Assembly (NCBI GenBank): GCA_046160785.1
Contig: JBJXHE010000014.1
Coordinates: 21,695 to 85,694, forward strand
DNA: 64,000 nucleotides
Direction of reading: 5' to 3'
From: Planctomycetota bacterium
GTDB taxonomy: Bacteria > Planctomycetota > UBA1135 > JACQFD01
How positions within the stretch are numbered: the stretch's first letter is position 1; every line of letters begins with the position of its first letter. Below the pieces are notes generated by a model. The model did not search any database. It was not told where the DNA came from and saw only the letters and a list, made by a program, of their open reading frames with translations. Below, piece after piece: positions 17,667-27,668 of this stretch. Both the position numbers and the translations under genes were made by a program.

Positions 17667-18401
17667 CTACGCGGGTCCGGCAAATTCCATAGCACCTTTT
17701 TTGAGCCACAGCGTTCCCGGGGCCGCGGGCCATGCGGGAAGAACGACAAGCGTGCCGTTTTGTAAATTTACTGTTTTGGGATCGTGAACATGCCCGCATA
17801 CAACGGCGTCGAAACCCTCCGCGAGCCGCTTCGAAACCTCATCGTTAACAATACCCATTTCCGCCGGAGTTTTTGTTGCAATCTCCTGCGCCGACGTTTT
17901 TCGGAGCCTGGACGCGATCCCTAACAATATCGGAAGCGGCAGCGTTCGCGACATCGCGGCAATCACGGGCGAGCGCAATTTTTTACGCATCGATTGGTAG
18001 CGAATGTCGTTGATACAAAAAAGGTCGCCGTGGACTACTAAGAATCGTTTCCCGCCGCTCATAAATGCGTCTTCGTCGCCCGCGACGCCGGCGCCGGTCG
18101 CTTTTGTAAATCCGGCGTCGAGCAAAAAATCGCGATTGCCTTTTAGTAATGTTACTCGAACTCCGTTGCCCATGAGCGAATCGAGCGCGCGGACGATCGG
18201 AGAGTAGCCGTCTATTTTTAAATGTTTCGTTCCAACGTAAGCATCAAATAAATCCCCTAAAATAAACAATTCGTCGACGGCGCCCGGCAGTTTGCGCGCA
18301 AACCGGACAAAGACATCAATTCCAGCGGGGTCGCCCGGATGTAAATGAAGATCCGAAATGAGCGCCGCGCGGTCGACGTTCCGAAGATCCTTAGCTTTCA
18401 T
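17667..18401 (-). CDS. lpxH: UDP-2,3-diacylglucosamine diphosphatase (LpxH-type metallophosphoesterase)
   Basis: ISDLHLHPGDP, ILGDLFDAYVG, LKGNRDFLL, VVHGDLFCINDIRYQ and CGHVH motifs. ATG 18401 was chosen (11-nt overlap with the upstream stop). ATG 18443 is an alternative. Confidence 0.8.
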   Translation of the reverse strand: MKAKDLRNVDRAALISDLHLHPGDPAGIDVFVRFARKLPGAVDELFILGDLFDAYVGTKHLKIDGYSPIVRALDSLMGNGVRVTLLKGNRDFLLDAGFTKATGAGVAGDEDAFMSGGKRFLVVHGDLFCINDIRYQSMRKKLRSPVIAAMSRTLPLPILLGIASRLRKTSAQEIATKTPAEMGIVNDEVSKRLAEGFDAVVCGHVHDPKTVNLQNGTLVVLPAWPAAPGTLWLKKGAMEFAGPA

Positions 18402-19797
18402 CTTCCTCGGGTTCGCCCGGCGCGCGGCCCGCGCTTGCGTCAATATTATAATCGCGGATTTTCTCCCAAAGAACTTTGCGCGAGATTCCTAACAAATCCG
18501 CGGCCTGCAACCGCCGGCCCTGCGTTAGTTTTAAAACGCGCTCCAAATGTTGCTTTTCCGCATCGCGCAAAACCTCTTTTAGTAATATTATCTTCTCCTG
18601 CGGCTCGAGCGCCGAACGGTAGTCGGGCGAAAGCGGCACTAAATGTTCGCGTCGCAGAAAAGTAGCATTCTCGGGCGCCAAAGCGATCGCGCGGTGGATC
18701 GCATGTTCCAGTTCGCGCACGTTGCCAGGCCAACTGTAGCGTTCCATCCATTGGATATCTTCCTCTCGAATTTCATAATTCCGCCCGCCGCCGTAGATAC
18801 TTAAAAAGTGCTTTGCAATTCTGCGGACGTCGCCTTCGCGTTCACGCAGCGGCGGTATCACAATCGGAACGACGTTTAATCGATAATATAAGTCTTCGCG
18901 AAATCTCCCCTCGCGCACGCGCCGGTCGAGCGGCACTTTTGTAGCCGCGATCACGCGCACGTCGATCTTAACAATTTTTTCGCTGCCGAGCCGCTCGATC
19001 GTGCGCTCTTGCAATACTCGTAATAATTTTACTTGTGTCGAGAGCGCGAGGTCGTCGACGTCGTCCAGGAAAATCGAGCCGCCGTCGGCGATCTCGAAGC
19101 GACCGCGTTTTTCTTTATGAGCGTCCGTGAATGCGCCGCGTTCGTGTCCAAACAATTCGCTTTCTAATAATGTTTCCGCGAGCGCCGCGCACGACAAAGG
19201 CACAAATCGCGCGTCGGCGCGCGCGCTTTTTTGATGTATCAATCTGGCGATGCACTCTTTCCCGGTTCCGCTCTCGCCGATGATTAATACAGAAACGTCA
19301 TTCTTAGCAACCAATTCGACACGGCGCATCACTTCCTTCATTGCCGGCGAATCTGCAATAAAAGTTTGCCCCACAAAAGCCTGATCGCGAGGCCGGCTTG
19401 ATAATTCTCCGGCGAGGCGCCGATTTTCGATGTCGAGCGAACGCTTCTTATCCAATTCGCCGACGAGATTCACAACGGCTTCATTGAGAAACGGCTTTAC
19501 TAAATATGAAATGGCGCCGAGCCGCATCGCTTCGACGGCGCCTTCTACCGTGCCGTAGCCGGTTATAACTAATACATCAGGCGGCGGATTCTTAACTTTT
19601 GCGGTTTTTAATACTTCAATTCCCGACGCTCCGGGCATCCGCACATCGGTAATAACGACGTCGTAGTTTCTGCGCCCAAGCGCTTCTAATGCTAATTTTC
19701 CGTCGCGAACAGTTTCAACGTGATAACCGGCGCCCGCGAGCGCGTCGCGCAGCGTGATAGCAATTGTTTTTTCGTCTTCAGCGAGGAGTACGTCCAC
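18391..19797 (-). CDS. sigma-54-dependent response regulator (NtrC family bEBP)
   Basis: Receiver domain (LLAEDE...VVITDVRMPG...KP). AAA+ Walker A GESGTGKE. GAFTDA loop (a GAFTGA variant). [11 protein letters not shown]-terminal Fis-type HTH (AADLLGISRKVLWEKI). Confidence 0.9.
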   Translation of the reverse strand: MDVLLAEDEKTIAITLRDALAGAGYHVETVRDGKLALEALGRRNYDVVITDVRMPGASGIEVLKTAKVKNPPPDVLVITGYGTVEGAVEAMRLGAISYLVKPFLNEAVVNLVGELDKKRSLDIENRRLAGELSSRPRDQAFVGQTFIADSPAMKEVMRRVELVAKNDVSVLIIGESGTGKECIARLIHQKSARADARFVPLSCAALAETLLESELFGHERGAFTDAHKEKRGRFEIADGGSIFLDDVDDLALSTQVKLLRVLQERTIERLGSEKIVKIDVRVIAATKVPLDRRVREGRFREDLYYRLNVVPIVIPPLREREGDVRRIAKHFLSIYGGGRNYEIREEDIQWMERYSWPGNVRELEHAIHRAIALAPENATFLRREHLVPLSPDYRSALEPQEKIILLKEVLRDAEKQHLERVLKLTQGRRLQAADLLGISRKVLWEKIRDYNIDASAGRAPGEPEEDES

Positions 19798-19843
19798 TGC
19801 GGCTTATAGTAAGCCTTCGCGGAACGTCGCACCTGGAGAAACT

Positions 19844-20371
19844 CTATGCAGGCGCCGCCGCGTCCAAATAAACGACGGCGTCCGTCATCGCAGCCGCGCG
19901 CTCGGCGGCTTTTTCAGCAGCATCGCGAACCGTATCAAAAAAGAGCGTATTGCCGTCGCGGTATTGTGATATTCCCGCGGAAACCGTGACGCGAAACGCC
20001 TTGCCTTCAAATTCAAATTCTTGAATAGATAGAATCCGGCGGACGCGATTCACTAACACTTTCGCGCCGTCGGCGTCGGTGTGCGGTAATATCAATAAGA
20101 CGCGGTCGTCGGTAAACCGCCCGATGAAATCGCACGTCCGCGTTTCTCTCTTTAATAATATTTGAAAACGCTCCAGCACAAGGTCGCGCGCTTTATATCC
20201 AAAGTTTTTAGATAAATCGCCGAGGCGGTCGACGACAAAGACTACAAAAGAAAGCGGCAGGCGGTAGCGGCGCGCGCGCGAAAACTCAACTTTCATCAAA
20301 TGATGAATTTGAGCAAAGGTGAAAAGCCCCGCTTCGGAATCGGTGTAGGAGAGACTCTTAAATTCACTCAT
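19844..20371 (-). CDS. degenerate GGDEF-domain protein (catalytic motif replaced, RxxD I-site retained)
   Basis: GGDEF-fold blocks LSFVVFVVDRLGDLSKNFGYKARDLVL, IGRFTDDRVLLILPHTD and VTVSAGIS. GGDEF aligns to TDDRV. RTCD lies 5 residues upstream of it. Start taken at MSEFKSL (20371). The ORF extends to 20452. Confidence 0.65.
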   Translation of the reverse strand: MSEFKSLSYTDSEAGLFTFAQIHHLMKVEFSRARRYRLPLSFVVFVVDRLGDLSKNFGYKARDLVLERFQILLKRETRTCDFIGRFTDDRVLLILPHTDADGAKVLVNRVRRILSIQEFEFEGKAFRVTVSAGISQYRDGNTLFFDTVRDAAEKAAERAAAMTDAVVYLDAAAPA

Positions 20372-20515
20372 GGGTTGTGTTCTCGTCCGCGGAATGGAAA
20401 GCGCATCGTCGTACGACGAGTTCAAAGTTGAGATCCGGCGGAAGGCAACCAATCATTTTGAGATTTGTACGGAACAAAAGTAACAAACGGCGCGCGCGAA
20501 TGATCGGGCCATCTG

Positions 20516-21589
20516 TTAGCGCGCCAGATTTCGAGCGCCTGGCTGGCTTCGAATTGTGATTTGTAGTTCTCGCGTTTCGAACGCGGGAATCGAAACAATC
20601 TCAGAGTCGACCGGGCCGTTCGATGTTAACGCTCTCACGGCGACGCGCCGGTTCGGAGGCACCTCCGTTAAACGATACGAACCGGTTGGCGACGACACGC
20701 CCGTGCAGACGGTCGGCGCCGGCCCGGAATCATGATCAAGATCGACGACCACGAGAGAAACCTGCGAGAGGCCGCGCTTTTGCGAATCCACAATAAAACC
20801 CTCGATCGTTGCGGCGGGTATTAAACAGAAATGGATTTCGGCTGCCGCGCCGGCCGCCTGCGATGGTTGAAAATCATCATTAACATTTCGATTCGCGGCG
20901 AGTTCGCCGGGGCCCGATTCAATTCCAACATATCCCGGTTTGCGTATTTGTAATTTTACGCCGAAGCGCGGCGCGTGCGAAAATTCAAATTCACCGTTGA
21001 TATCGCTAACGATCGGATCGGGAAGAATGGTTTGAATTCGTTCAGCCCCAAACTCGCGCAAAGCTACAAAAAAAACGCTGGCGCCCACGACGGGTTCGCC
21101 CGAGGCGTCGACGACTTTCCCCCGCAGCGGCGAAAGTTTTTGTAAACGAAATTCGGATTTGGTTTTGTAGTGTTTGCTCGAAAGCGTCGTTTCGAGAATC
21201 TCATAACCCGCCGACACAATTGTTAATATGATATCTCGCGAGGCGGGAACGACCACGGCCGCATCGCCGTCTTCGTTCGAGACGGATTCAAACGATGAAA
21301 CTTCCGTTCGCGCAAAAATATTAGCATCGCAAACCGGAAATCCGTCGGAGTTCAAGATGGTTAACAAAACTGTTGTAACAGATCGAACGGCCGGCGCGGC
21401 CGCGTTCGCCACTTCTATCATTTCTTCGCGCGATTCGGCGGCGGCGGGCGTCCAAGTTTCGCGGACGGTTTCGTGCGCGGGCAATGATGTTAAAAACGCG
21501 GCGGCCGACTGCGTGAGCAGTATTAATGTTAACAAAAACGCCGCGCCCTTCGCCGCGCGCGTTTGAAACGGCACCTTCTCAACTTTCAA
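20516..21589 (-). CDS. membrane-anchored/secreted protein with carboxypeptidase-regulatory-like (Ig-like) repeats
   Basis: N-terminal hydrophobic anchor. Repeated pattern such as GKVVDASGEPVVGASVFF and TIEGFIVDSQKRGLSQVSLVV. Confidence 0.55.
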   Translation of the reverse strand: MKVEKVPFQTRAAKGAAFLLTLILLTQSAAAFLTSLPAHETVRETWTPAAAESREEMIEVANAAAPAVRSVTTVLLTILNSDGFPVCDANIFARTEVSSFESVSNEDGDAAVVVPASRDIILTIVSAGYEILETTLSSKHYKTKSEFRLQKLSPLRGKVVDASGEPVVGASVFFVALREFGAERIQTILPDPIVSDINGEFEFSHAPRFGVKLQIRKPGYVGIESGPGELAANRNVNDDFQPSQAAGAAAEIHFCLIPAATIEGFIVDSQKRGLSQVSLVVVDLDHDSGPAPTVCTGVSSPTGSYRLTEVPPNRRVAVRALTSNGPVDSEIVSIPAFETRELQITIRSQPGARNLAR

Positions 21590-21629
21590 TTTGTGGTATT
21601 TCCCGAGTGAAATTCGTAACGTTAGTTAG

Positions 21630-22583
21630 ATGTTTCGACTGCCCGGCGCCTACGACCTAAAAGCCGCGCGCTTCTTTGAATCGCTAGCGTCGCTCCTCGA
21701 TGCCGGGCTGACGCCCGCCGCCGCGCTCGAACAGCCGGGGCTCCGAAATTTTTTCCCTGCCGCCGGTGCCGAGGCCGCCGCGTCGCTGCGGGCCGGCGGA
21801 TCGTTAACAAATGCTTTTGTAATTTTACAGTTCGATGAGAAGACGTGCCTTCGCATCGAAGCCGCCGAGACGTCGGGGCGCATCGCGAACGCATTGCGCC
21901 GGCTCGCGCAGGAGCGCACGCGCCGCGCGAAATTAATACAAACGGCCGCCGGAAAATTAGTCTATCCGATTTTCTTAATTCACTTCGCCGCGTTCGTCCG
22001 CGGTCTTATTGTTACGATTGGGTCCACGTCCGCGAACGGCGTGCTGGCGGCTCTTTCTTTAGCGATTCCAATCGACGCCGTTTTAATATTGATTGGAATA
22101 TTAGTCTACAAAAGCACGCGCGGCGGGCTCGTGACGGATTTCGCGCTGCGAATTCCAGGTGCGCGCTCCGTTTTGCGCGACGTGTGGCTTGCGCCGTTTT
22201 TGTGGACGCTCGCGGATTTGTATGAATCGGGCGTTCCGCTCGACAGCGCGGTGTCGCGCTCGGCGGGCGGAGCGGCGCCCGTGTTTACAAATGAAATGAA
22301 CTCGGTTTCCGCCGCCGTCCGTTCCGGAAAACCACTCGTGCCTGCGATCGGAGCGACGCCGTTCGTCGACGAAACAACATTAACAATTCTCCAACCGGCT
22401 GAAATCACGGGAACGCTAACAAACGGACTTTTGCGGTCGGCCGAACTCGTCGAGGACCGCCTCGCCAAATCATTAACGATCGCGAGCCGCGCGCCCGGCA
22501 CGATTCTTTATATTGCCGCGATTCTTATTGTTGCTTCAATGGTATTCAAATTCTATTCGGAAAGATTCCAGCTGCCGGGTTAG
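21630..22583 (+). CDS. type II secretion system F (GspF/PilC)-family inner membrane protein, short form
   Basis: Two T2SSF-like repeats (FFESLASLLDAGLTPAAALEQ and LADLYESGVPLDSAVSRSAG), each followed by hydrophobic helices. At 317 aa it is shorter than canonical GspF. Confidence 0.7.
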   Translation: MFRLPGAYDLKAARFFESLASLLDAGLTPAAALEQPGLRNFFPAAGAEAAASLRAGGSLTNAFVILQFDEKTCLRIEAAETSGRIANALRRLAQERTRRAKLIQTAAGKLVYPIFLIHFAAFVRGLIVTIGSTSANGVLAALSLAIPIDAVLILIGILVYKSTRGGLVTDFALRIPGARSVLRDVWLAPFLWTLADLYESGVPLDSAVSRSAGGAAPVFTNEMNSVSAAVRSGKPLVPAIGATPFVDETTLTILQPAEITGTLTNGLLRSAELVEDRLAKSLTIASRAPGTILYIAAILIVASMVFKFYSERFQLPG

Positions 22584-22661
22584 GCTAGCAGGCTGCTAAT
22601 GAAACGGCTTCCCCGGATTCTCGGCGAGTGACGCACCCTTCCATCTCTACTACGGGCCATC

Positions 22662-24347
22662 ATGATCAACGTGAATCTATTTGTTCTATTTCTAACTTTT
22701 CTCGCGTCGCCGGTTCCCCAGAACGACCGGTACGCAAAGATTTATTCAATACAATCGTTGCGCGCCTCCGCCGCTCCGGCGAATGTTTATTATGGATCGT
22801 TTTTGATAGGTCCGAATAAATCGCGCACGCAGGCTTCCGGATACACGGGCGCCGCGAACGCCGGGATTTCGTCGGCCGAATGTATCGAAATCCTGCGCGC
22901 CGCGACCGCCGGATCGGGCGACGCGCCGCGAATTGATGTTTATGAAAACTCGATTGTTGCCACGGCCACCGGCGCGCAGCACCAGACGATCGCCGCCGTT
23001 TTACAACAATTGGACGCGTCGGCGGGCGCACCCGTTGAAGTTAATATTACAGTTCTTTCGCTCGCGCCGGGCGCCGCGGCGCCGAAATGCGGAGTCTTAA
23101 CTTTACAGGAAACCGCGGCGGCGGTCGATTCTATCAAAAACCAGTCGCGCGTCGTATGGCAGGGCGCCGTCGACGCGAAGCCGGGCGCCGCGGGATCGGC
23201 GGGATCTGTTACATTCGTTCCATTTGTTATAAGTTACAAAGCAGAAGTAGCAAAAAAATCGAAGATCGGCGCGCCCGTGATCGCTGAGGTTATCGCGGGA
23301 TTTGAAGCAACCGTGAACGCGATTCCCGTTCGTGGCGGTGACGCCACACACGTTTCGGCGATTCTTAGCTTCTGTGATTTGTTAGGAATCGAACGTTATG
23401 ATACGCGCGGCTCCGACATCGGAAATATCGAGCGCCCGCAGGTGGCCGGCCTGCGGCTCGCCGCAAACGCTACAATTCCATCCGGCGGATCGCTATTGTT
23501 GCGCGGCGACGGCGCCGACTTCGGAACGGTATTCATACTATTGCGCCCGCGCGCCTTTACCGGAACCTATCAATTCTCAGGAAAGAACCCGTTTCTATTT
23601 ATTCCAGCGCATCCGCTCACGGCGGGTTCGGGACGGAGCCTGCCGCGGCTCGATTCAGGGCTCGAAGGCAATGATCCGCCGCCGCCAATCGCTCCCAATT
23701 TCGCGGAATTGTTAAAATCAGAAGGAAGTTCGCTGCGCGTGCAGACGAGCGCCTCCGGCGCGATGCTACTGATCGGCGACGAGGCATCGTTAGCATCCGC
23801 GTCGGAGCGGCTTCGCGCGTTCGAAGAAACGGAATTGATAACTTTACCGTTCGAATTCCGCGTCGTGCGCGCCGCGGACTCCCAGGCGGCGCTCGCGCCG
23901 AACGCAACGTTAGTATCGACAGTATCGCTTTCTGTAACATCCCAGCGCACTGCGGGAGCGGTCGCCGGCCGCCAGGAACTCGCCGTCGAAGGCTACGGTA
24001 TTCAGATCGCCGAGGAAGCAAACATCGCTGAGCCTAGAATTAGCGAGTTGTTCCGCGGTTTTAGTATTGAAGCGAAATTATTAGCAATCGACGCCGCGGG
24101 CGCGACGCTGTCGGTCGCCGTCGAACACCAGGAGTTCGGCCCGCGCGAACGAATTGTTTCCGCGTCGGCGAACGTCGGCGATCACGAGCGCGTTTCGCGG
24201 AGGTCGTCGCGCGTCTCCCGAACGTTAAAGATTGCGAAACCGGGGCCCGTCCTGCTCGGCGAACTTGGCGTGCTTTTTAATACTAACGATCGGCTCTACG
24301 GCATTCTCACAGCGGCGCTTCCCGCGCCAGCGGGTCTACCGAAATAA
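22662..24347 (+). CDS. hypothetical secreted protein, weakly secretin-like (two repeated modules)
   Basis: Signal-like N-terminus. IDVYENSIVATATGAQHQTIAAVLQQLD resembles a secretin N-domain. ATIPSGGSLLLRGDGADFGTVFILLRPR resembles a secretin C-terminal strand pattern. No strong motif. Confidence 0.4.
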   Translation: MINVNLFVLFLTFLASPVPQNDRYAKIYSIQSLRASAAPANVYYGSFLIGPNKSRTQASGYTGAANAGISSAECIEILRAATAGSGDAPRIDVYENSIVATATGAQHQTIAAVLQQLDASAGAPVEVNITVLSLAPGAAAPKCGVLTLQETAAAVDSIKNQSRVVWQGAVDAKPGAAGSAGSVTFVPFVISYKAEVAKKSKIGAPVIAEVIAGFEATVNAIPVRGGDATHVSAILSFCDLLGIERYDTRGSDIGNIERPQVAGLRLAANATIPSGGSLLLRGDGADFGTVFILLRPRAFTGTYQFSGKNPFLFIPAHPLTAGSGRSLPRLDSGLEGNDPPPPIAPNFAELLKSEGSSLRVQTSASGAMLLIGDEASLASASERLRAFEETELITLPFEFRVVRAADSQAALAPNATLVSTVSLSVTSQRTAGAVAGRQELAVEGYGIQIAEEANIAEPRISELFRGFSIEAKLLAIDAAGATLSVAVEHQEFGPRERIVSASANVGDHERVSRRSSRVSRTLKIAKPGPVLLGELGVLFNTNDRLYGILTAALPAPAGLPK

Positions 24348-24412
24348 TTGACATAACGAAAACTCGGTTGGTCACCGAGGCCATCGCAGGCATTATATTT
24401 GTAATCTCTCCC

Positions 24413-25882
24413 ATGAGCTCCGGACCCTTTCGACTTGGATTAACCCAGGCACCGCGCCTGGAGCAGCGGCTTGTTCAGTCGCCGCAACTGATCCAAGCAA
24501 TGCAAATATTACAATTGCCATTGCTCGATCTTCAGGGCCGCATCGATCAGGAACTTCTCGAGAATCCATTCTTAGAAATCGTGGAGCCGGCGCCCGAAGA
24601 TGCGCCGAAGCGCCAGGATCCGCCGCATCCGCAGGGCGAAAACGGCGAGCGGCCACTGGCCGAATGGGAGCCCGCCGCCATTCGTACATTAGAAGCCTTT
24701 GAGCGACTCGCGGGCGACCGGTTGCCGCGGCGGCCTCGGGGAGGCGACGAAAACGACGAACGCCGCCAGGAGGCTCTAAACAATGCGCCGCAGGAAGCGA
24801 AAACATTATCTGAAGTATTCATGCCGCAACTTGGATTATTAGGATTCTCCGAGAAGCAACTGATCATCGCAGAATATATATTAGCGAGCGCCGACCCGCG
24901 CGGATATTTAAGAATCGCTCCGGAGGAGATTGCGAGTGATCCGATACTCGGGGCGAGCGCCGACGAAGTCATCTTTGTTATTGAAAAACTGCGGACGCTC
25001 GGTCCTCCCGGATTATTTGCAAAGGATCTGCGCGAATGTTTATTATTACAACTCGTCGCGCACTTCCAGGAAAACGCGCAGCAGACGCTTGAATATATAT
25101 TAGTTGACAAGCATCTCGAAGATATCGCGATGAACCGGCTCCCGAAGATCATGCGGGAAGTCGGACGCGATATGAATGAAATTAAAGATGCAATTGATAC
25201 GATTAAGAATTTGAATCCGAATCCCGCGGGCGGAGAATTTTCAGAACCCAACGTTCGAATTGTGCCCGACGTGATCGTTAGCGAAGTCGACGGCGATTAT
25301 GAGATTCGCCTGGAGCGCGGCAGCGTTCCCGATCTGCGCGTCGTCGGCGATATTGCTAAAATGCTCGCGCAGGCAAAACAGGATCCGAAAGTACACGAAT
25401 TCCTCGAACGTAAATTTCAAAGCGCGAAATGGTTTAAAGAAGCGATCGAGCGGCGAAGACTAACGTTAGAGAAAATCTGCCGCGCGATTTTTGATCGACA
25501 GCGCGATTTTCTGGATAAAGGCCCGCAGGCGCTGCGGCCGCTTCGAATGCAAGAAATCGCCGATGAAGTCGGCGTTCATATATCTACAGTTTCGCGCGCG
25601 ATTTCCGGAAAGTACGTCGACACGCCGCGCGGAATCTATGCATTAAAATATTTCTTCGTCGGCGGAACTGTTACCGACGACGGCGAGTATGAATCGCAGA
25701 CGGCGATCAAAGAATTAGTCAAGAAAATTGTAGACACGGAAGATAAGAAAAAGCCGCTGTCCGACGAAGAGATCGGAAAATTGTTATCCGAGAGAAACGG
25801 CGTTCCGATCGCGCGCCGGACGGTTACTAAATATCGAAAAGCATTAAATATTCCCGCGAGCAGCCAGCGAAAATTATATTAA
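24413..25882 (+). CDS. rpoN: RNA polymerase sigma-54 factor
   Basis: Region I LEQRLVQSPQLIQAMQILQLPLLDLQGRIDQELLENPFLE. HTH VGVHISTVSRAISGKY. RpoN box ARRTVTKYRKALNIP. ATG 24413 is preferred over the TTG at 24368. Confidence 0.92.
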   Translation: MSSGPFRLGLTQAPRLEQRLVQSPQLIQAMQILQLPLLDLQGRIDQELLENPFLEIVEPAPEDAPKRQDPPHPQGENGERPLAEWEPAAIRTLEAFERLAGDRLPRRPRGGDENDERRQEALNNAPQEAKTLSEVFMPQLGLLGFSEKQLIIAEYILASADPRGYLRIAPEEIASDPILGASADEVIFVIEKLRTLGPPGLFAKDLRECLLLQLVAHFQENAQQTLEYILVDKHLEDIAMNRLPKIMREVGRDMNEIKDAIDTIKNLNPNPAGGEFSEPNVRIVPDVIVSEVDGDYEIRLERGSVPDLRVVGDIAKMLAQAKQDPKVHEFLERKFQSAKWFKEAIERRRLTLEKICRAIFDRQRDFLDKGPQALRPLRMQEIADEVGVHISTVSRAISGKYVDTPRGIYALKYFFVGGTVTDDGEYESQTAIKELVKKIVDTEDKKKPLSDEEIGKLLSERNGVPIARRTVTKYRKALNIPASSQRKLY

Positions 25883-25913
25883 ACTATTGTATTAAATATT
25901 TACTGTATCCAAT

Positions 25914-27086
25914 ATGGCCAAACCGACTTCGAAAGCGCATGCGTTTCTGACCGGGCAGCGAATCCTGCCGCACGGCATTACTGGAAAAGAGAATATTAAG
26001 GATCTCATCGACGGCGCATTCCTATCGTACAACGGGGGGCGTCTCGGCGAGGCGTGCCGGCTTTTTACAAATAAAATGTTGCAACCCGGCACGCTCGTCG
26101 GGATGACGCTCGCGGGCGCGCTCACGCCGGCAGGCCTCGGACGCAGTTGTATCATTCCGCTGGTTAAGGCAGGGTTCATCGATTGGATCATTTCGACAGG
26201 TGCGAATTTGTATCATGACGCGCACTTCGGCCTCGGCCTCGCGCTGCACCGCGGTTCGCCGTTCATCGACGACCGAATCTTAAGAAAGCACGAAGTGATT
26301 CGTATTTATGACGTTTTATTTGATTACTCGGTTTTATTAGATACCGACGCGTTCTTCCGCGAATTGTTACGAAGCGAAGTCTTTCAAAAGTCGATGTCGA
26401 CCGCCGAATTCCACGAACTCGTCGGCCGCGCGCTCGCCGAGCGCGAGGACGCATTCGGCGTCGAAGATACATGCGTTCTTTCAACTCTATACAGATGCGG
26501 CGTTCCCGTATTCACGAGTTCGCCCGGCGATTCGTCGATTGGGATGAATGTCGCGGCAGTTTCGCTCGAAGGCGGAAAATTTAGTTTTGATGTTTCGCGC
26601 GATGTTAATGAAACCGCATCGTTAGTATGGGGCGCGAAGCGCGCGGGCGGCGCGTCGGCAATCCTTATTTGCGGTGGCGGCTCGCCGAAGAATTTTGCAT
26701 TACAAACGGAACCGCAGATTCAAGAAGTGTTAGGTTTGCCCGAAAAGGGCCATGACTACTTTTTACAATTAACCGACGCGCGCCCCGACACGGGCGGGCT
26801 CTCGGGCGCGACTCCGAGCGAAGCTGTATCATGGGGAAAAATCGATCCTGATAAACTCCCCGACTCCGTTGTCGCGTACGTCGACAGCACGATCGGTTTG
26901 CCATTATTAACATCGTACGCACTCGCAACGCGCAAGCCGCGAAAGTTAAAGAGGCTCTGCGGAAAGCGCGAACAGCTCGTTGCCGCGATGCGAGACGAAT
27001 ACTTACAAAAACTTGCTAAAGAAAAAAAGGGCGCCGCACCCGCAAAACGTGTCGCGGCGCGCCGGCAGGCGTCTGGTAAACGATAA
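25914..27086 (+). CDS. deoxyhypusine synthase-like protein (DHS / homospermidine synthase family)
   Basis: [23 protein letters not shown], and SEAVSWGKI with the conserved catalytic-lysine context of DHS. Basic C-terminal tail. Confidence 0.85.
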   Translation: MAKPTSKAHAFLTGQRILPHGITGKENIKDLIDGAFLSYNGGRLGEACRLFTNKMLQPGTLVGMTLAGALTPAGLGRSCIIPLVKAGFIDWIISTGANLYHDAHFGLGLALHRGSPFIDDRILRKHEVIRIYDVLFDYSVLLDTDAFFRELLRSEVFQKSMSTAEFHELVGRALAEREDAFGVEDTCVLSTLYRCGVPVFTSSPGDSSIGMNVAAVSLEGGKFSFDVSRDVNETASLVWGAKRAGGASAILICGGGSPKNFALQTEPQIQEVLGLPEKGHDYFLQLTDARPDTGGLSGATPSEAVSWGKIDPDKLPDSVVAYVDSTIGLPLLTSYALATRKPRKLKRLCGKREQLVAAMRDEYLQKLAKEKKGAAPAKRVAARRQASGKR

Positions 27087-27145
27087 GTTAAATTCATTCA
27101 CTGTCCTCGATTCATTATACAATTCCAAACAATATCATTACTATC

Positions 27146-27640
27146 ATGGCTCTAAAAAATACAAAAGCGGCGCGCGCGGGCGCGCCCGGCATCGACGAGA
27201 AAGTCAAGAATCTTGTCGCCTTTGATTTGAATCTACAATTGGCGCATTTGTTAGATCTCGCGGCGAGCGCGAAGCAGGCCCACTGGAATATTCACGGCCC
27301 GAACTTCGACGGGTTGCATTTGTTATTTGATACCATCGCAACGGACGCGTACGCGTTCACCGACCTCGTCGCCGAGCGATTATTAGCTTTACGTTCTCTC
27401 GCGAAAGGCACCATTCAGGACGCCGCCGAGCAATCGACATTTGAGCCGTTTCCTAACGATGAATCCGGCTGGACCCCGCTCACTTCCGCGCTCCACGAGC
27501 GCGTCATGGGCTGTTCAAACCGGCTGCGCGCGAGCCTCGACACTGTCGCCGCCGAACCCGTGACTCAGGATATGTATATTTCAATGATCACGAGTCTCGA
27601 GAAACACGCCTGGATGCTTGCGGCGCATTTGAATACGTAA
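27146..27640 (+). CDS. dps: Dps-family DNA-binding ferritin-like protein
   Basis: AKQAHWNIHGPNFDGLHLLFD...DLVAERL is the Dps ferroxidase-centre signature. 164 aa. Confidence 0.9.
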   Translation: MALKNTKAARAGAPGIDEKVKNLVAFDLNLQLAHLLDLAASAKQAHWNIHGPNFDGLHLLFDTIATDAYAFTDLVAERLLALRSLAKGTIQDAAEQSTFEPFPNDESGWTPLTSALHERVMGCSNRLRASLDTVAAEPVTQDMYISMITSLEKHAWMLAAHLNT

Positions 27641-27668
27641 GTAAACCCAAAACCGCGTTTGTTTACTT
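27639..27668. terminator. hairpin between convergent dps and efp (possible bidirectional terminator)
   Basis: AAGTAAAC (27639-27646) pairs with GTTTACTT (27661-27668) around a 14-nt loop. It overlaps both stop codons. There is no long T-run. Confidence 0.35.
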
